A stretch of DNA of 64,000 nucleotides. Source: Cytophagales bacterium (GTDB lineage: Bacteria; Bacteroidota; Bacteroidia; Cytophagales; UBA9547). Under the pieces are notes generated by a model that saw nothing but the letters and a program-made list of their open reading frames with translations, was not told the DNA's origin and searched no databases. Shown one piece after another: positions 27,663-37,522 of the stretch. Every line of letters starts with the position of its first letter. The stretch's first letter is position 1. The translations under genes and the position numbers were made by a program. Location of the stretch: NCBI GenBank assembly GCA_044357485.1, contig JBIKPL010000001.1, positions 2,988 through 66,987 on the forward strand. The letters run 5' to 3'.

Positions 27663-28166
27663 TCATCTTCCGAATAAATAATCATTTTTATCGATTCTAT
27701 TGGGATCTTCTAAAGGATATTCTTTACGAAGTGGAAACACCTCCATGCTGTCGACATTAAGAATACGTCTTAAATCAGGATGGCCTTCGAATACGATGCC
27801 ATAGAAATCAAAGGTTTCTCTTTCTTGCCAATTAGCAGTAGCAAACACGGTTGTTGCAGTAGCAATTGTGGGCTCGGCTTTAGCAACGAAGAATTTAAAG
27901 CGTACACGTACATTGTTTTGAAGACTATGTAAATGATAAACCACCCCTAATTCTAATGCTTGGTTAGGATAGTGTATGCCACAAAGGTCGGTCATGAATT
28001 GAAATTGAAGCGATTCGTCATCAAACAAAAACTTCAAAATGTCAACATTGATATTTTTATCGGCAACGATGGTCAACATGCCATAAGGTTCCTCATGCGA
28101 CAATATGCCTTCCCCGAATTTGGCGATTAGTTTTTCTAAAACGATTGCGTTAGTGAGTGCTGCCAT
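27663..28166 (-). CDS. nuoC: NADH-quinone oxidoreductase subunit C
   Basis: 167 aa, 30-kDa subunit family (..ERETFDFYGIVFEGHPDLRRIL..). Confidence 0.92.
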   Translation of the reverse strand: MAALTNAIVLEKLIAKFGEGILSHEEPYGMLTIVADKNINVDILKFLFDDESLQFQFMTDLCGIHYPNQALELGVVYHLHSLQNNVRVRFKFFVAKAEPTIATATTVFATANWQERETFDFYGIVFEGHPDLRRILNVDSMEVFPLRKEYPLEDPNRIDKNDYLFGR

Positions 28167-28168
28167 AA

Positions 28169-28705
28169 TTATTTAAAATCGTATTTAGCCAACAAACGTT
28201 TATATTCTTCTGAGCTTCTTCTTGAGACCGATTCTTTAGCGACCATGTCTTGAATTCTCATAAAACCATCAATAATTTGTTCTGGTCTTGGAGGACAGCC
28301 CGGTACATATACATCTACCGGAATAACTTCATCAATACCTTGTAAAACACTATAGGTATCAAAAATGCCACCACTAGAAGCGCAAGCCCCTACTGCTATT
28401 ACCCAACGTGGTTCGGCCATTTGCTCATATACCTGACGTAATACTGGCGCCATTTTTTTGGCAATGGTTCCCATTACCATAAGCAAATCGGCTTGACGAG
28501 GAGAAAAGCTTGGGCGTTCAGAACCAAAACGACCAAAATCGTAGGTACTGGCCATGGTGGCCATGAACTCAATACCACAACAGGAAGTGGCAAAAGGAAG
28601 AGGCCAAAGCGAGTTTTTTCTTGCCAAACCTACTACAGAATCTAAGCTTGTCGCAAAAAAGCCAGGTCCTTCTATTCCTTCAGGGGCTTTTTGAAATTCT
28701 ACCAT
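28169..28705 (-). CDS. nuoB: NADH-quinone oxidoreductase subunit B
   Basis: 178 aa. CCGIEFMA ... GACASSGG ... GCPPRPE (N2 cluster ligands). Confidence 0.95.
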   Translation of the reverse strand: MVEFQKAPEGIEGPGFFATSLDSVVGLARKNSLWPLPFATSCCGIEFMATMASTYDFGRFGSERPSFSPRQADLLMVMGTIAKKMAPVLRQVYEQMAEPRWVIAVGACASSGGIFDTYSVLQGIDEVIPVDVYVPGCPPRPEQIIDGFMRIQDMVAKESVSRRSSEEYKRLLAKYDFK

Positions 28706-28789
28706 CGTGCTAATTCTTTTATTGTTTATCTAACAAATACTATATCAAGCCATATTTCGAATGAAAATTCGAAATCAGAAAATTGATTT

Positions 28790-29164
28790 TTAATGTTCCC
28801 AATCTAAGGCTTTTCTTTTGATTACATAAAAGAAACCCAATAATAAGAAGGCCATAAATACCAACATTTCCATAAAACCTTCCCATCCAAGTGCTTTAAA
28901 ATTAACCGCCCAAGGATACATAAAAATTACCTCCACATCAAACAAAACAAAAAGAATTGCGGTAAGGAAGTACTTAATAGAGAAAGGATTACGGGCATTA
29001 CCTATCGACTCTATCCCACATTCAAAGGTTTCAAGTTTGTGTTTGGTTTTGCGTTTCGGTCCAATCAAATGTGTCGCTAACATGGTAATGACCACAAACC
29101 CTAATGCAAAAGCAAATTGCATCATGATGGGTAAGAAATCGGACGGCGTATCAAGATTTGGCAT
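28790..29164 (-). CDS. nuoA: NADH-quinone oxidoreductase subunit A
   Basis: 124 aa, 3 TM, FECG motif region (ETFECGIES). First gene of the operon. Confidence 0.9.
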   Translation of the reverse strand: MPNLDTPSDFLPIMMQFAFALGFVVITMLATHLIGPKRKTKHKLETFECGIESIGNARNPFSIKYFLTAILFVLFDVEVIFMYPWAVNFKALGWEGFMEMLVFMAFLLLGFFYVIKRKALDWEH

Positions 29165-29416
29165 ATGGTTGAGTTATATTATTTCTAATACTGTAATCGA
29201 CAAATGTAAAAGCATATTTACAGAAATACAAAAAATGTGGACATTCTTTGTTGAATTAGGAATAATTGTATTTTAAATGGGGACATAAAAGGTAATATCT
29301 TGGTTTTTCAAGGCAATAAGGGGGGATAAAATCTACGCATAAAGTGCCTAATAAATTTATGTAGATAATTATGTGCTTTATATCGTAATTGTAAGTCCAA
29401 AATTTTAAATTTGTGG

Positions 29417-29980
29417 ATGATGAGAAAAAATATAGGAGCCTTATTGTTAAAATACTTTTTTCAAGGCTTATTGTTGACTGCTCCCTTGGCATTTACGGTA
29501 AGTTTAACCGTTTCAACGATTCGTTGGTTTGATGGCTTGTTGCATATTACCATTCCGGGGCTTGGCATCCTTATTATTGTAGGCTCCATTACAAGTTTGG
29601 GGTATTTGGCCTCCACCATTATTATTCAACCCTTGTTTAATTTTATTGACTTAACCATCACCAAAACACCTTTTTTAGGCATCATTTATACTTCTATTAA
29701 GGATTTGATCAATGCGTTTGTGGGCAATGATAAAAAGTTTAACAAACCCGTGTTGGTAAAATTAAATCCTGAACTCGCCATAGAAAAAATAGGTTTTATT
29801 ACCCAAAATGATTTGTCCTCCTTGGGAATAACAGATAAAATTGCGGTATACTTGCCTCATTCTTATAATTTTTCCGGCGAATTGTTCATTGTTCCCGTAC
29901 AAAACGTTACTCCCATCAACAAATCATCTGCAGAAGTGATGAAATTTATCATTTCTGGAGGGGTTTCTGAATTAAAATAA
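29417..29980 (+). CDS. DUF502 family membrane protein
   Basis: DUF502-like pattern (LLKYFFQGLLLTAPLAFTV ... IPGLGILI). The track ORF starts at TTG 29411. ATG 29417 or 29420 is more likely. Confidence 0.65.
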   Translation: MMRKNIGALLLKYFFQGLLLTAPLAFTVSLTVSTIRWFDGLLHITIPGLGILIIVGSITSLGYLASTIIIQPLFNFIDLTITKTPFLGIIYTSIKDLINAFVGNDKKFNKPVLVKLNPELAIEKIGFITQNDLSSLGITDKIAVYLPHSYNFSGELFIVPVQNVTPINKSSAEVMKFIISGGVSELK

Positions 29981-29995
29981 GTGTACCACGACCCT

Positions 29996-31147
29996 ATGTT
30001 TAAACCATTATTATTAATTATATTGCTTGGTATCTCGATTGTTTTGGGTGGTTGTGGCACGCGCAATGAAATAAAAACCACTACCGCAAAACCACATGAA
30101 GCATATAATTTAATAGACATTAAATTAGACACAAGTTTTTATATCTTAAGAGATATTCGTGCCGCAGAGAAAATTAAAAAAATTGAAAATCTCCTTCAAA
30201 AAAAGTATTTTAATGGCTGTATTTTAGTCGCCCAAGAAGGACAAGTACTTTATAAAAATGCATTTGGTTTTGCCAATTATAGAAAACGACAAGCACTCAA
30301 TGTGCAAACAGATTTTCAATTGGCCTCTGTTTCTAAGCAGTTTACCGCCGTAGCGGTGATGATGATGAAAGAGCAAGGAAAGCTCAATTATGATGACAAT
30401 ATCAATAGGTTTTATCCTGATTTCCCATATAAAAACATTACCATAAGAATGTTGCTCACCCACCGCTCTGGGCTTAGCGAATACATGTGGTTTTGTGACC
30501 ATATCACAGACCGAAGAACACCTATCAATAACCAAGATTTAATCAATCTCATGATCAATAAACGACCAGGGATTAATTTTAACCCCAATCGTCGTCATGA
30601 TTATTCCAATACTGGTTATGCTGTTTTAGCGGCTATAGTCGAAAAACTAACTGGCATGCCTTTTCCTTCGTTCATGAAAAAAAATGTTTTTGATCCTTTA
30701 GGAATGAAAAATACCTTTATTTTCACTTTTGGCTCCTTAGACAATAAAACCAATATTGCGACCGGCCATTTAAGCAATTGGTTTCCTTCAGGACATGATT
30801 ACTTAGATGGAGTGACAGGTGATAAAGGGGTGTATTCTTGTGTGGATGATTTGTTTAAATGGGATCAGGGACTGTATACCGGGAAAATCGTACAATTAAG
30901 TACCTTAGAGGAGGCATATACTCCAGCCAACAAAGAATTTAAAGGCAAAAGAAACTATGGTTTTGGTTGGCGAACCAATATCCAAGACGATGACAGCAAA
31001 GTGGTGTTTCATGCCGGTTTATGGCATGGCTTCTGTCCATATTTTGCACGCCGACTATGCGATAAATCAACCATCATTGTACTCAGCAACAAAAGAGGAT
31101 GGGATGCCTCAGTGGTGTCTAAAATTTTTAAAATCTTAGATGAATAA
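29996..31147 (+). CDS. Beta-lactamase-family serine hydrolase lipoprotein
   Basis: SxxK motif SVSKQF and YSN motif YSNTGY. Lipoprotein signal MFKPLLLIILLGISIVLGGCG, so the ATG at 29996 is preferred over the GTG at 29981. Confidence 0.8.
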   Translation: MFKPLLLIILLGISIVLGGCGTRNEIKTTTAKPHEAYNLIDIKLDTSFYILRDIRAAEKIKKIENLLQKKYFNGCILVAQEGQVLYKNAFGFANYRKRQALNVQTDFQLASVSKQFTAVAVMMMKEQGKLNYDDNINRFYPDFPYKNITIRMLLTHRSGLSEYMWFCDHITDRRTPINNQDLINLMINKRPGINFNPNRRHDYSNTGYAVLAAIVEKLTGMPFPSFMKKNVFDPLGMKNTFIFTFGSLDNKTNIATGHLSNWFPSGHDYLDGVTGDKGVYSCVDDLFKWDQGLYTGKIVQLSTLEEAYTPANKEFKGKRNYGFGWRTNIQDDDSKVVFHAGLWHGFCPYFARRLCDKSTIIVLSNKRGWDASVVSKIFKILDE

Positions 31148-31156
31148 GTCCATTGC

Positions 31157-31627
31157 TTACACGAGCACTTGTTTGATTTGATAAATGACGGTTGCGATTC
31201 CAATGCCCCATAATAATGCAGAAACAAACATATAAGTAACAATTCTTAAAGCCTTTTCTCCAAAATTAGCTGCGATTAAGGTTCCGACAATAGGACTTAA
31301 TAATATGGGCGTTAAAAATGCAACGCCAAGAAGTCCATATTTTTTCCAAATGCTTACAATTCTGCGATTTTTTTTGGAAAACAACACCTTTGGTGGCCAA
31401 AAACGATGAATGATATTTTTTTTAATAAATGGACCTGCAAAACTAATCAGCAATACACTCAGCATCATGCCCGTAACGGTTGCAACAATGGTATAAGGCA
31501 ATGGCAATTTGAGCCCCGCCCCAGCCAAAGGACCAGCAATAAATTTAAACATACTTAGCAATACCACGGTCATGAAACTAAAGAAATTGCTTAACATCGA
31601 TGTTTGTATATTAAAAGGTCTGATCAA
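31157..31627 (-). CDS. Small multidrug-export-like membrane protein (COG2426/PF06695-like)
   Basis: 156 aa, 4-5 TM, resemblance to the putative small multi-drug export family. Confidence 0.45.
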   Translation of the reverse strand: MIRPFNIQTSMLSNFFSFMTVVLLSMFKFIAGPLAGAGLKLPLPYTIVATVTGMMLSVLLISFAGPFIKKNIIHRFWPPKVLFSKKNRRIVSIWKKYGLLGVAFLTPILLSPIVGTLIAANFGEKALRIVTYMFVSALLWGIGIATVIYQIKQVLV

Positions 31628-31633
31628 TTGAGG

Positions 31634-32938
31634 TTATTCGGTTGCCATTTTAGAAATGTCATGGTAAACATTTCGCCAGTTTTGCCACATTTTTTTGGTT
31701 CCTAAGGTTTCATTATGAAATATTACAGAAAAATCTCCCCCTACCGCTTTAACGGCTTCTTTCATAAGCCTAGCATGGTATACGACTTCAGAAGAACGAA
31801 TTCTTAAATGAAGTTTAAAACATTTATCTACTATACAAAATGGATGCAATAGTAAGGTAGTCGTTTGATTTTGTTCCAAATCAAAAAAAGGAAAAGGACT
31901 ACAAATCCCAGCCCTAAAACCCAAGTGTTTGTGATAACCCATAGAATAGTCGTCAGTAATACCAAGTGCTGCCAAACGCTGATAGTAGGTTGGAAGGTTT
32001 AGTTTGTTAAAAAACTGTCTTGATTTAGTGGTTTTAGCGCCTGTTATTTTTTCAATTCTGCTTTTTTCTATGGCTAGTTGTTTCTCCGAACGAGTAGACC
32101 CAAAGGATGGATGAAAACAAGCTTCATATTTTTCATGCAATTTTTTAATAAGCGCTATGTAATTTTTATTATAATGAGGAATATTTTTATCATTGCCTCC
32201 AAAATCGCCTAACAATATAAAATATAAAGGGTTTAAGTTAAATTTATCACTTATTTCTATTTGTTTCTTATACGAATCATAAGGGTCTTGTTTCATTTTT
32301 AACCCAGTTAAAATACGCTCTAAACAATTGCTAAACCTAAGTTGAAATAAATCTTCTGCAAAAGCTATCGTTGACCTTAAAATGCCTTTGTTGCTATACA
32401 CAAAAGCCACATCTATGTCAAAAGTGGGCACGTAGTTGTATTTTAATTCCGGAAATCTAAAAGTTGGATAAAAACTTTGAATTATTTTCTTGATTTCCAA
32501 GGCATACAAATTCACCATTGGTTTGTCAAGTAAATTATAGGTGTAACTTAAGCTTTCTTCTGCCAAGTACCTGTTGTATTTGTCTTTATGCACTGCGGTA
32601 TATTCTTCATACCTAGATACCATATAAAATGAAGTAGCAAATGGGTCAAATGGCAAAAAACCTAAGTCTTTTATCGTAAAAAAACCTTTTATTCCATTCC
32701 ATTCAATGGCTTCAAGTTGGTGTTTATAGATATCTTCTTCATATAAAATATTTGCGGCACCAAAAAATAAGCCCTCTGCTTCTTTATGGGGTCCGTAACT
32801 AAACTTTGCTCCAATATGATTAAAATAGGCTTCTTTGTTATCGGTGAATTGGTATTCTGTTTTTAAAACATGCTTAAAAATAATATCAAAAGTGTATTGA
32901 ACTCTTGCCGTAACATTGGTGGTATAAATCAGTAACAT
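31634..32938 (-). CDS. Conserved Bacteroidota protein, possibly polysaccharide deacetylase-like
   Basis: 434 aa. The N-terminal pattern TARVQYTFDIIF recalls proteins annotated as polysaccharide deacetylase family. Function not verifiable here. Confidence 0.35.
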   Translation of the reverse strand: MLLIYTTNVTARVQYTFDIIFKHVLKTEYQFTDNKEAYFNHIGAKFSYGPHKEAEGLFFGAANILYEEDIYKHQLEAIEWNGIKGFFTIKDLGFLPFDPFATSFYMVSRYEEYTAVHKDKYNRYLAEESLSYTYNLLDKPMVNLYALEIKKIIQSFYPTFRFPELKYNYVPTFDIDVAFVYSNKGILRSTIAFAEDLFQLRFSNCLERILTGLKMKQDPYDSYKKQIEISDKFNLNPLYFILLGDFGGNDKNIPHYNKNYIALIKKLHEKYEACFHPSFGSTRSEKQLAIEKSRIEKITGAKTTKSRQFFNKLNLPTYYQRLAALGITDDYSMGYHKHLGFRAGICSPFPFFDLEQNQTTTLLLHPFCIVDKCFKLHLRIRSSEVVYHARLMKEAVKAVGGDFSVIFHNETLGTKKMWQNWRNVYHDISKMATE

Positions 32939-33035
32939 ATTGTTTTTTCAGGTTCATGAATCTGCTAATTTCAATTATTTAAAGAAATAATAAAACTGTT
33001 AATCATAATAAATTATATTTGAAGCAAAAAAATAT

Positions 33036-34736
33036 ATGACCAACAGACTTTTATTAGCTGTTTTAACACTTTTGCTGTTATTAAATTGGCATGGTAGTAT
33101 GGCCCAAAGTGTTTATGCCCCTTTAAACACAGACTATAACTACCTGATTGACAGAAATGAAATTCAATCAGGACAACTCAATTTGCTGCATACTTCTTTT
33201 AAGCCTTACTTGCGTAGTGAAATTGCCCATACTATTGAACAAGCCAATACTGATTCGACCATTAAAAAATCTAAACAAGACGATTTCAACAATTCGTATC
33301 TAACAACCGACAATTGGGAACATTTAAAAACTGAGGTAAATAGCAAAAAAGCTTTGTTGAAGTTTTGCTATACCAAACCAAATGCCCTTTTAAGTTATCA
33401 AGACAAAGATTTTGAAATACAAACCAATGTGGTGCTGCATTCTCAAATTGGAGGAGAAACCAATGCTGCTGGCTACCGGTATACCAACACCAAAGGAGTA
33501 GAAATAAGAGGGATGATCAATAAAAAAGTGGGTTTTTATTCATTTTTAACCGATAATCAAATCAATTACAATACCTATGTCAACAATTTTATCACCAATA
33601 CTGGCGCTGTGCCTGGAGAAGGTTTTCATAAACCATTTAAAGTAACCGCCCGAGATTTTATTACCGCTAGAGGGTATATTACGTTTAATGCCACTAAAAA
33701 TATCAACCTACAATTTGGCCATGATAAAAACTTTATTGGCAATGGCATGCGGTCATTAATTTTATCTGATTTTGGGAATAGCTATTTGTTTTTAAAAATA
33801 CAAACCTCTGTTTGGAAATTAAAATACACCAATTTGTTTGCTCAAATGAATGCCATGGGGCCTAATGATTTCGGTCCTAATAATTTATATCCTCGCAAGT
33901 ATTTTGCCTTGCATCATTTGAGTTTAAATGTAAACAAGCATTTTAATATTGGCTTGTTTGAAAGTATCGTTTTTGGCCGTTCCGACTCTAGCAATCAAGG
34001 TAGTTTTGACATCAATTATATGAATCCTATTATTTTTTACCGATGGGCAGAACAACAAAATGGAAGTCCTGACAATGCAAACTTGGGCTTAGATTTTAAA
34101 TTAAATATGCTCAAACATTTTTCTCTTTATGGACAAGTATTTATCGATGAATTTATTTTTGCCAATGTTATCGCTAGAAATGGCTCTTGGACCAATAAAC
34201 AAGGACTACAAATTGGTCTCAAAACCATTAATATATTTAATATTCCTACGCTAGATGTGCAAGTAGAAACCAATATCGTTAGACCATATACGTATGCCCA
34301 TTTCAGCAATTATACCAATTACACCAATTATGGTCAGGCCTTGGCACATCCTTATGGCGCTAATTTCAATGAATACATCGGGATATTACGTTATCAGCCT
34401 TTACATAAACTTCAATTGATGGGTAAATTAATTTATGCCAATATTGGCCTAGATTCTAACAACACTAACCTTGGTGCTGGAAATTTCGGGGGTAATATTT
34501 TTAAACCTTATGTATTGGTAAGTGATAAACACAGCCTCCATAATGTAATAGGACAAGGGAATACTACCCATTTAATTTACCTTAGTGCAACGGCATCCTA
34601 TATGCTTAAACACAACCTATTTATTGACGTAGAGATGATCGCAAGATCGTACTCTAATACTTTCGTAAACAATAAAGCCCTCATTTTTAATATTGGTTTA
34701 AGAATGAATTTGGCTAGAAGGGTGCAAGAATTTTAA
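33036..34736 (+). CDS. Outer-membrane beta-barrel protein, Wzi/RemB-like (capsule assembly family)
   Basis: 566 aa. Signal peptide ending SMAQ, N-terminal YAPLNTDYNYLIDRNEIQSG pattern, alternating beta-strand-rich C-terminal part ending with an aromatic residue (..VQEF). Confidence 0.45.
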   Translation: MTNRLLLAVLTLLLLLNWHGSMAQSVYAPLNTDYNYLIDRNEIQSGQLNLLHTSFKPYLRSEIAHTIEQANTDSTIKKSKQDDFNNSYLTTDNWEHLKTEVNSKKALLKFCYTKPNALLSYQDKDFEIQTNVVLHSQIGGETNAAGYRYTNTKGVEIRGMINKKVGFYSFLTDNQINYNTYVNNFITNTGAVPGEGFHKPFKVTARDFITARGYITFNATKNINLQFGHDKNFIGNGMRSLILSDFGNSYLFLKIQTSVWKLKYTNLFAQMNAMGPNDFGPNNLYPRKYFALHHLSLNVNKHFNIGLFESIVFGRSDSSNQGSFDINYMNPIIFYRWAEQQNGSPDNANLGLDFKLNMLKHFSLYGQVFIDEFIFANVIARNGSWTNKQGLQIGLKTINIFNIPTLDVQVETNIVRPYTYAHFSNYTNYTNYGQALAHPYGANFNEYIGILRYQPLHKLQLMGKLIYANIGLDSNNTNLGAGNFGGNIFKPYVLVSDKHSLHNVIGQGNTTHLIYLSATASYMLKHNLFIDVEMIARSYSNTFVNNKALIFNIGLRMNLARRVQEF

Positions 34737-34739
34737 ATT

Positions 34740-35120
34740 ATGCTAGCCAAATCATCTCTTTTATACGGTTTATTAAAATGCAAATGTCCTCAATGTCATG
34801 AGGGAAATTTGTTTAACAATACCAATCCTTATCACCTCAAAAAAATGCTTGCTATGCCTCAAAAATGCACGCATTGTGGCTTGTATTTTGAACAAGAGCC
34901 TGGTTTTTGGACTGGTGCCATGTACGTGAGTTATGGCTTTATTGTCGTATTGGTTTTGCTAAGTCTAGTTATATTACATATTCAGTTCAATCAACCTATT
35001 GAAATAGTTTTAGGGGTTAATTTAGGTATAGTAGTGCTGACATACCCTCTTTTATTAAGGTATTCTAGGGTTTTGTATTTGTATCTATTTGTGAGATATA
35101 AAAAGCGTGATGAGCGATGA
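34740..35120 (+). CDS. DUF983 family membrane protein (zinc-ribbon N-terminus)
   Basis: CPQCHEG...CTHCG followed by two TM helices. Confidence 0.6.
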   Translation: MLAKSSLLYGLLKCKCPQCHEGNLFNNTNPYHLKKMLAMPQKCTHCGLYFEQEPGFWTGAMYVSYGFIVVLVLLSLVILHIQFNQPIEIVLGVNLGIVVLTYPLLLRYSRVLYLYLFVRYKKRDER

Positions 35121-35159
35121 GTTTTTAGTAAAAAAACACTAATTCTAAAATTAAAACCA

Positions 35160-35963
35160 ATGAAATATCCAGATCCGAAAAGGGCAGAAAAACTTCAAGC
35201 ATTCGACCGTTTACTCACCATCATGGATGAGTTGCGTGCCGAATGTCCTTGGGATAAAAAACAAACCATTGCTTCTTTACGACATTTAACGATAGAAGAA
35301 ACCTTTGAATTGGCAGATGCCATCATGGAAAATGATTTGCAAGAAGTAAAAAAGGAAATTGGGGACATTTTACTTCATTTGATTTTTTATGCAAAAATAG
35401 CCTCCGAAACCAATGCATTTGACATTACAGATGTAATCAATAGTTTATGCGATAAAATGACGGTGCGTCATCCACATATATATGGCACCGTAAAGGTCGA
35501 GAATGAAGAAGAAGTAAAACGCAATTGGGAGCAAATTAAACTCAAAGAAGGGGGTGAAAAAACGGTGTTAGGTGGCGTTCCGAAGGCTTTGCCTGCTTTG
35601 TTAAAAGCCATACGTATACAAGACAAAGCAAGAGGTGCCGGTTTTGATTGGGATAATAAAGCGGATGTTTGGGCTAAAGTAAAAGAAGAATTGCTTGAAT
35701 TTGAAGCAGAATTTTTGAATCCAAGTCCTGAAAACGAGGAAGCTACGGAAGCAGAATTCGGGGATTTACTTTTTTCTTTGGTAAACTTCGCTCGGTTTAC
35801 TAAAATTAATCCGGAAACGGCACTTGAAAAAACCAATAAAAAATTTATTCGAAGATTTAATTACATCGAAACGCAAGCTAAAATTAATGGACAAACATTA
35901 GCCTCAATGAATTTGGTAGAAATGGATGTTTATTGGAACGAAGCTAAAAAATTAGGTCTTTAA
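35160..35963 (+). CDS. mazG: Nucleoside triphosphate pyrophosphohydrolase MazG
   Basis: 267 aa, tandem MazG domains (LRAECPWDKKQT..., EEAxELxDAI / EFGDLLFSLVN). Confidence 0.9.
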   Translation: MKYPDPKRAEKLQAFDRLLTIMDELRAECPWDKKQTIASLRHLTIEETFELADAIMENDLQEVKKEIGDILLHLIFYAKIASETNAFDITDVINSLCDKMTVRHPHIYGTVKVENEEEVKRNWEQIKLKEGGEKTVLGGVPKALPALLKAIRIQDKARGAGFDWDNKADVWAKVKEELLEFEAEFLNPSPENEEATEAEFGDLLFSLVNFARFTKINPETALEKTNKKFIRRFNYIETQAKINGQTLASMNLVEMDVYWNEAKKLGL

Positions 35964-35987
35964 TCTCGATTTATTCTCTTAAAGTAA

Positions 35988-36866
35988 ATGTTTAAAATTA
36001 TCCTCAGTTTTATTGGCTTATTGCTCTTTTATATTGCTTTTCAGCTATATGAGTTGCATAAGTATGATTATGTGGATGATGATTTTGCGATTGATATTTC
36101 TCATTTCGAAAAATATGCCTTTGCCGGTGAGCACTTCCCTTTTGAAAAAAAGGCCAAACTTAAAATGTTTGAACGCGAACTTAAAAATGTAGCACGCCAT
36201 TCAACTGAAATGGCAATCATGCTTCGAAATGCAGAACTTTGGTTTCCTATTCTTGAGCCTATTCTGAAACGAAAAGGAATTCCTGATGATTTCAAATACA
36301 TTGCAGTCGTTGAAAGTAACCTCCAAGCCAATCGTATTTCTAACAGAAGCGCCGTAGGATTTTGGCAAATCGTTAAAGGAACAGGACTTGAATATGGTTT
36401 ACATATCAACCATGAAATTGATGAACGATACAATCCTGTAAAATCAACGTATGCGGCTTGTAAATTTTTTAACCTTACTAAAAGGTATTTTGGAAACTGG
36501 ACCAATGCAGCAGCGTCGTACAATATGGGCATGCCCGCCATGATCAAAGCCTGTAAAAGACACCGTTCTAACTCTTACCACGACTTAAAACTCAACCGTG
36601 AATCGGCCAAGTATTTGTATAAGATTCTCGCCTACAAAGAAGTACTAGAATATCCCAAAAAATACAAGCTGAAGAAGTTTCCCAAAAAATTCAGACTTAA
36701 CATTCGTTTATTCCCGATTACCAGAACCATTACCAATTTTAAGGATTGGTGTAAAAAAACAGGACTTAATTATGCCGTAGTTATGGCATACAATCCTTGG
36801 ATCATTGGAAATTCCCTCACCATTACCCAAGAAATCAAACGATACGATTTAATGTTGCCAAAGTAA
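35988..36866 (+). CDS. Lytic transglycosylase (SLT domain) protein
   Basis: Catalytic region VVESNLQANRISNRSAVGFWQI and AASYNMG. Confidence 0.75.
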   Translation: MFKIILSFIGLLLFYIAFQLYELHKYDYVDDDFAIDISHFEKYAFAGEHFPFEKKAKLKMFERELKNVARHSTEMAIMLRNAELWFPILEPILKRKGIPDDFKYIAVVESNLQANRISNRSAVGFWQIVKGTGLEYGLHINHEIDERYNPVKSTYAACKFFNLTKRYFGNWTNAAASYNMGMPAMIKACKRHRSNSYHDLKLNRESAKYLYKILAYKEVLEYPKKYKLKKFPKKFRLNIRLFPITRTITNFKDWCKKTGLNYAVVMAYNPWIIGNSLTITQEIKRYDLMLPK

Positions 36867-36919
36867 TTACACAAAAGCCATATCTCTGTGTTGAAATTGA
36901 TGTTGCCAACAATAAAATT

Positions 36920-37405
36920 TCAGACTTCTTTGTCTTTTATTTTCATTTTTTTAGGAAAAATTGACCTAAATAAAGCAAAACCCAATAAACCAGCCAATAT
37001 AAACAAAGCCAAAAATCCAAAGGCTATAATGGCTAATATCAATAAACCAACAATAATCATTAGCCCTAAAAATATAACGACTACTTCAAAAGGATTGGCT
37101 TTTCGTGGGTATTCTTTATCCTTCAATTGAGCATAATCTTGTCGACTTTGTAAAGCCGTTTTAACAAAAGGGCTATTGCCTACCCGTTTAACTGAAGCAG
37201 CCAATGGAAAATGAACTTTAGTCTCATTTACATCACCTTGCGCTACAATATCATGGGGTGCTGTTGGTGAATTTTGAAGCATTGCTACTTCAATGGAAGG
37301 ATTTTCCCAGTGTAAATCATTTGCTAAAGGATTGAAGGTTGTTTTTTTAGCACAACCTAAACAAAAAATGACGCTACAAAAGGGCAATAATTGTAAAAAT
37401 TTCAT
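36920..37405 (-). CDS. Hypothetical lipoprotein with C-terminal TM anchor
   Basis: Lipobox FCLGC. Hydrophobic C-terminal stretch VVVIFLGLMIIVGLLILAIIAFGFLALFILAGLL. Confidence 0.45.
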   Translation of the reverse strand: MKFLQLLPFCSVIFCLGCAKKTTFNPLANDLHWENPSIEVAMLQNSPTAPHDIVAQGDVNETKVHFPLAASVKRVGNSPFVKTALQSRQDYAQLKDKEYPRKANPFEVVVIFLGLMIIVGLLILAIIAFGFLALFILAGLLGFALFRSIFPKKMKIKDKEV

Positions 37406-37522
37406 GTCAATTTGTTTAAAAACTGGTCAGTGAATTTGTTGATAAGTCGTTAAAAGCAATCAATACCAAATCGGTATCCAATATTATATAAAAGACAAAA
37501 GTGATTAAAATTACAACCCAAA

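Noticed and set aside
29037-29492. ORFs 29037-29276 (+) and 29256-29492 (-) in the nuoA upstream region
   Set aside because: They overlap nuoA, or the DUF502 start, or each other, and have no motifs. The region is more plausibly the divergent promoter region. I could not find a convincing TAnnTTTG box for nuoA either, so no promoter is reported.
36888-37130. 80-aa plus-strand ORF (Lys/Asn/Ile-rich)
   Set aside because: It overlaps the minus-strand ORF 36920-37405, which has a proper lipoprotein signal (FCLGC) and a TM anchor. The plus-strand product is low-complexity.
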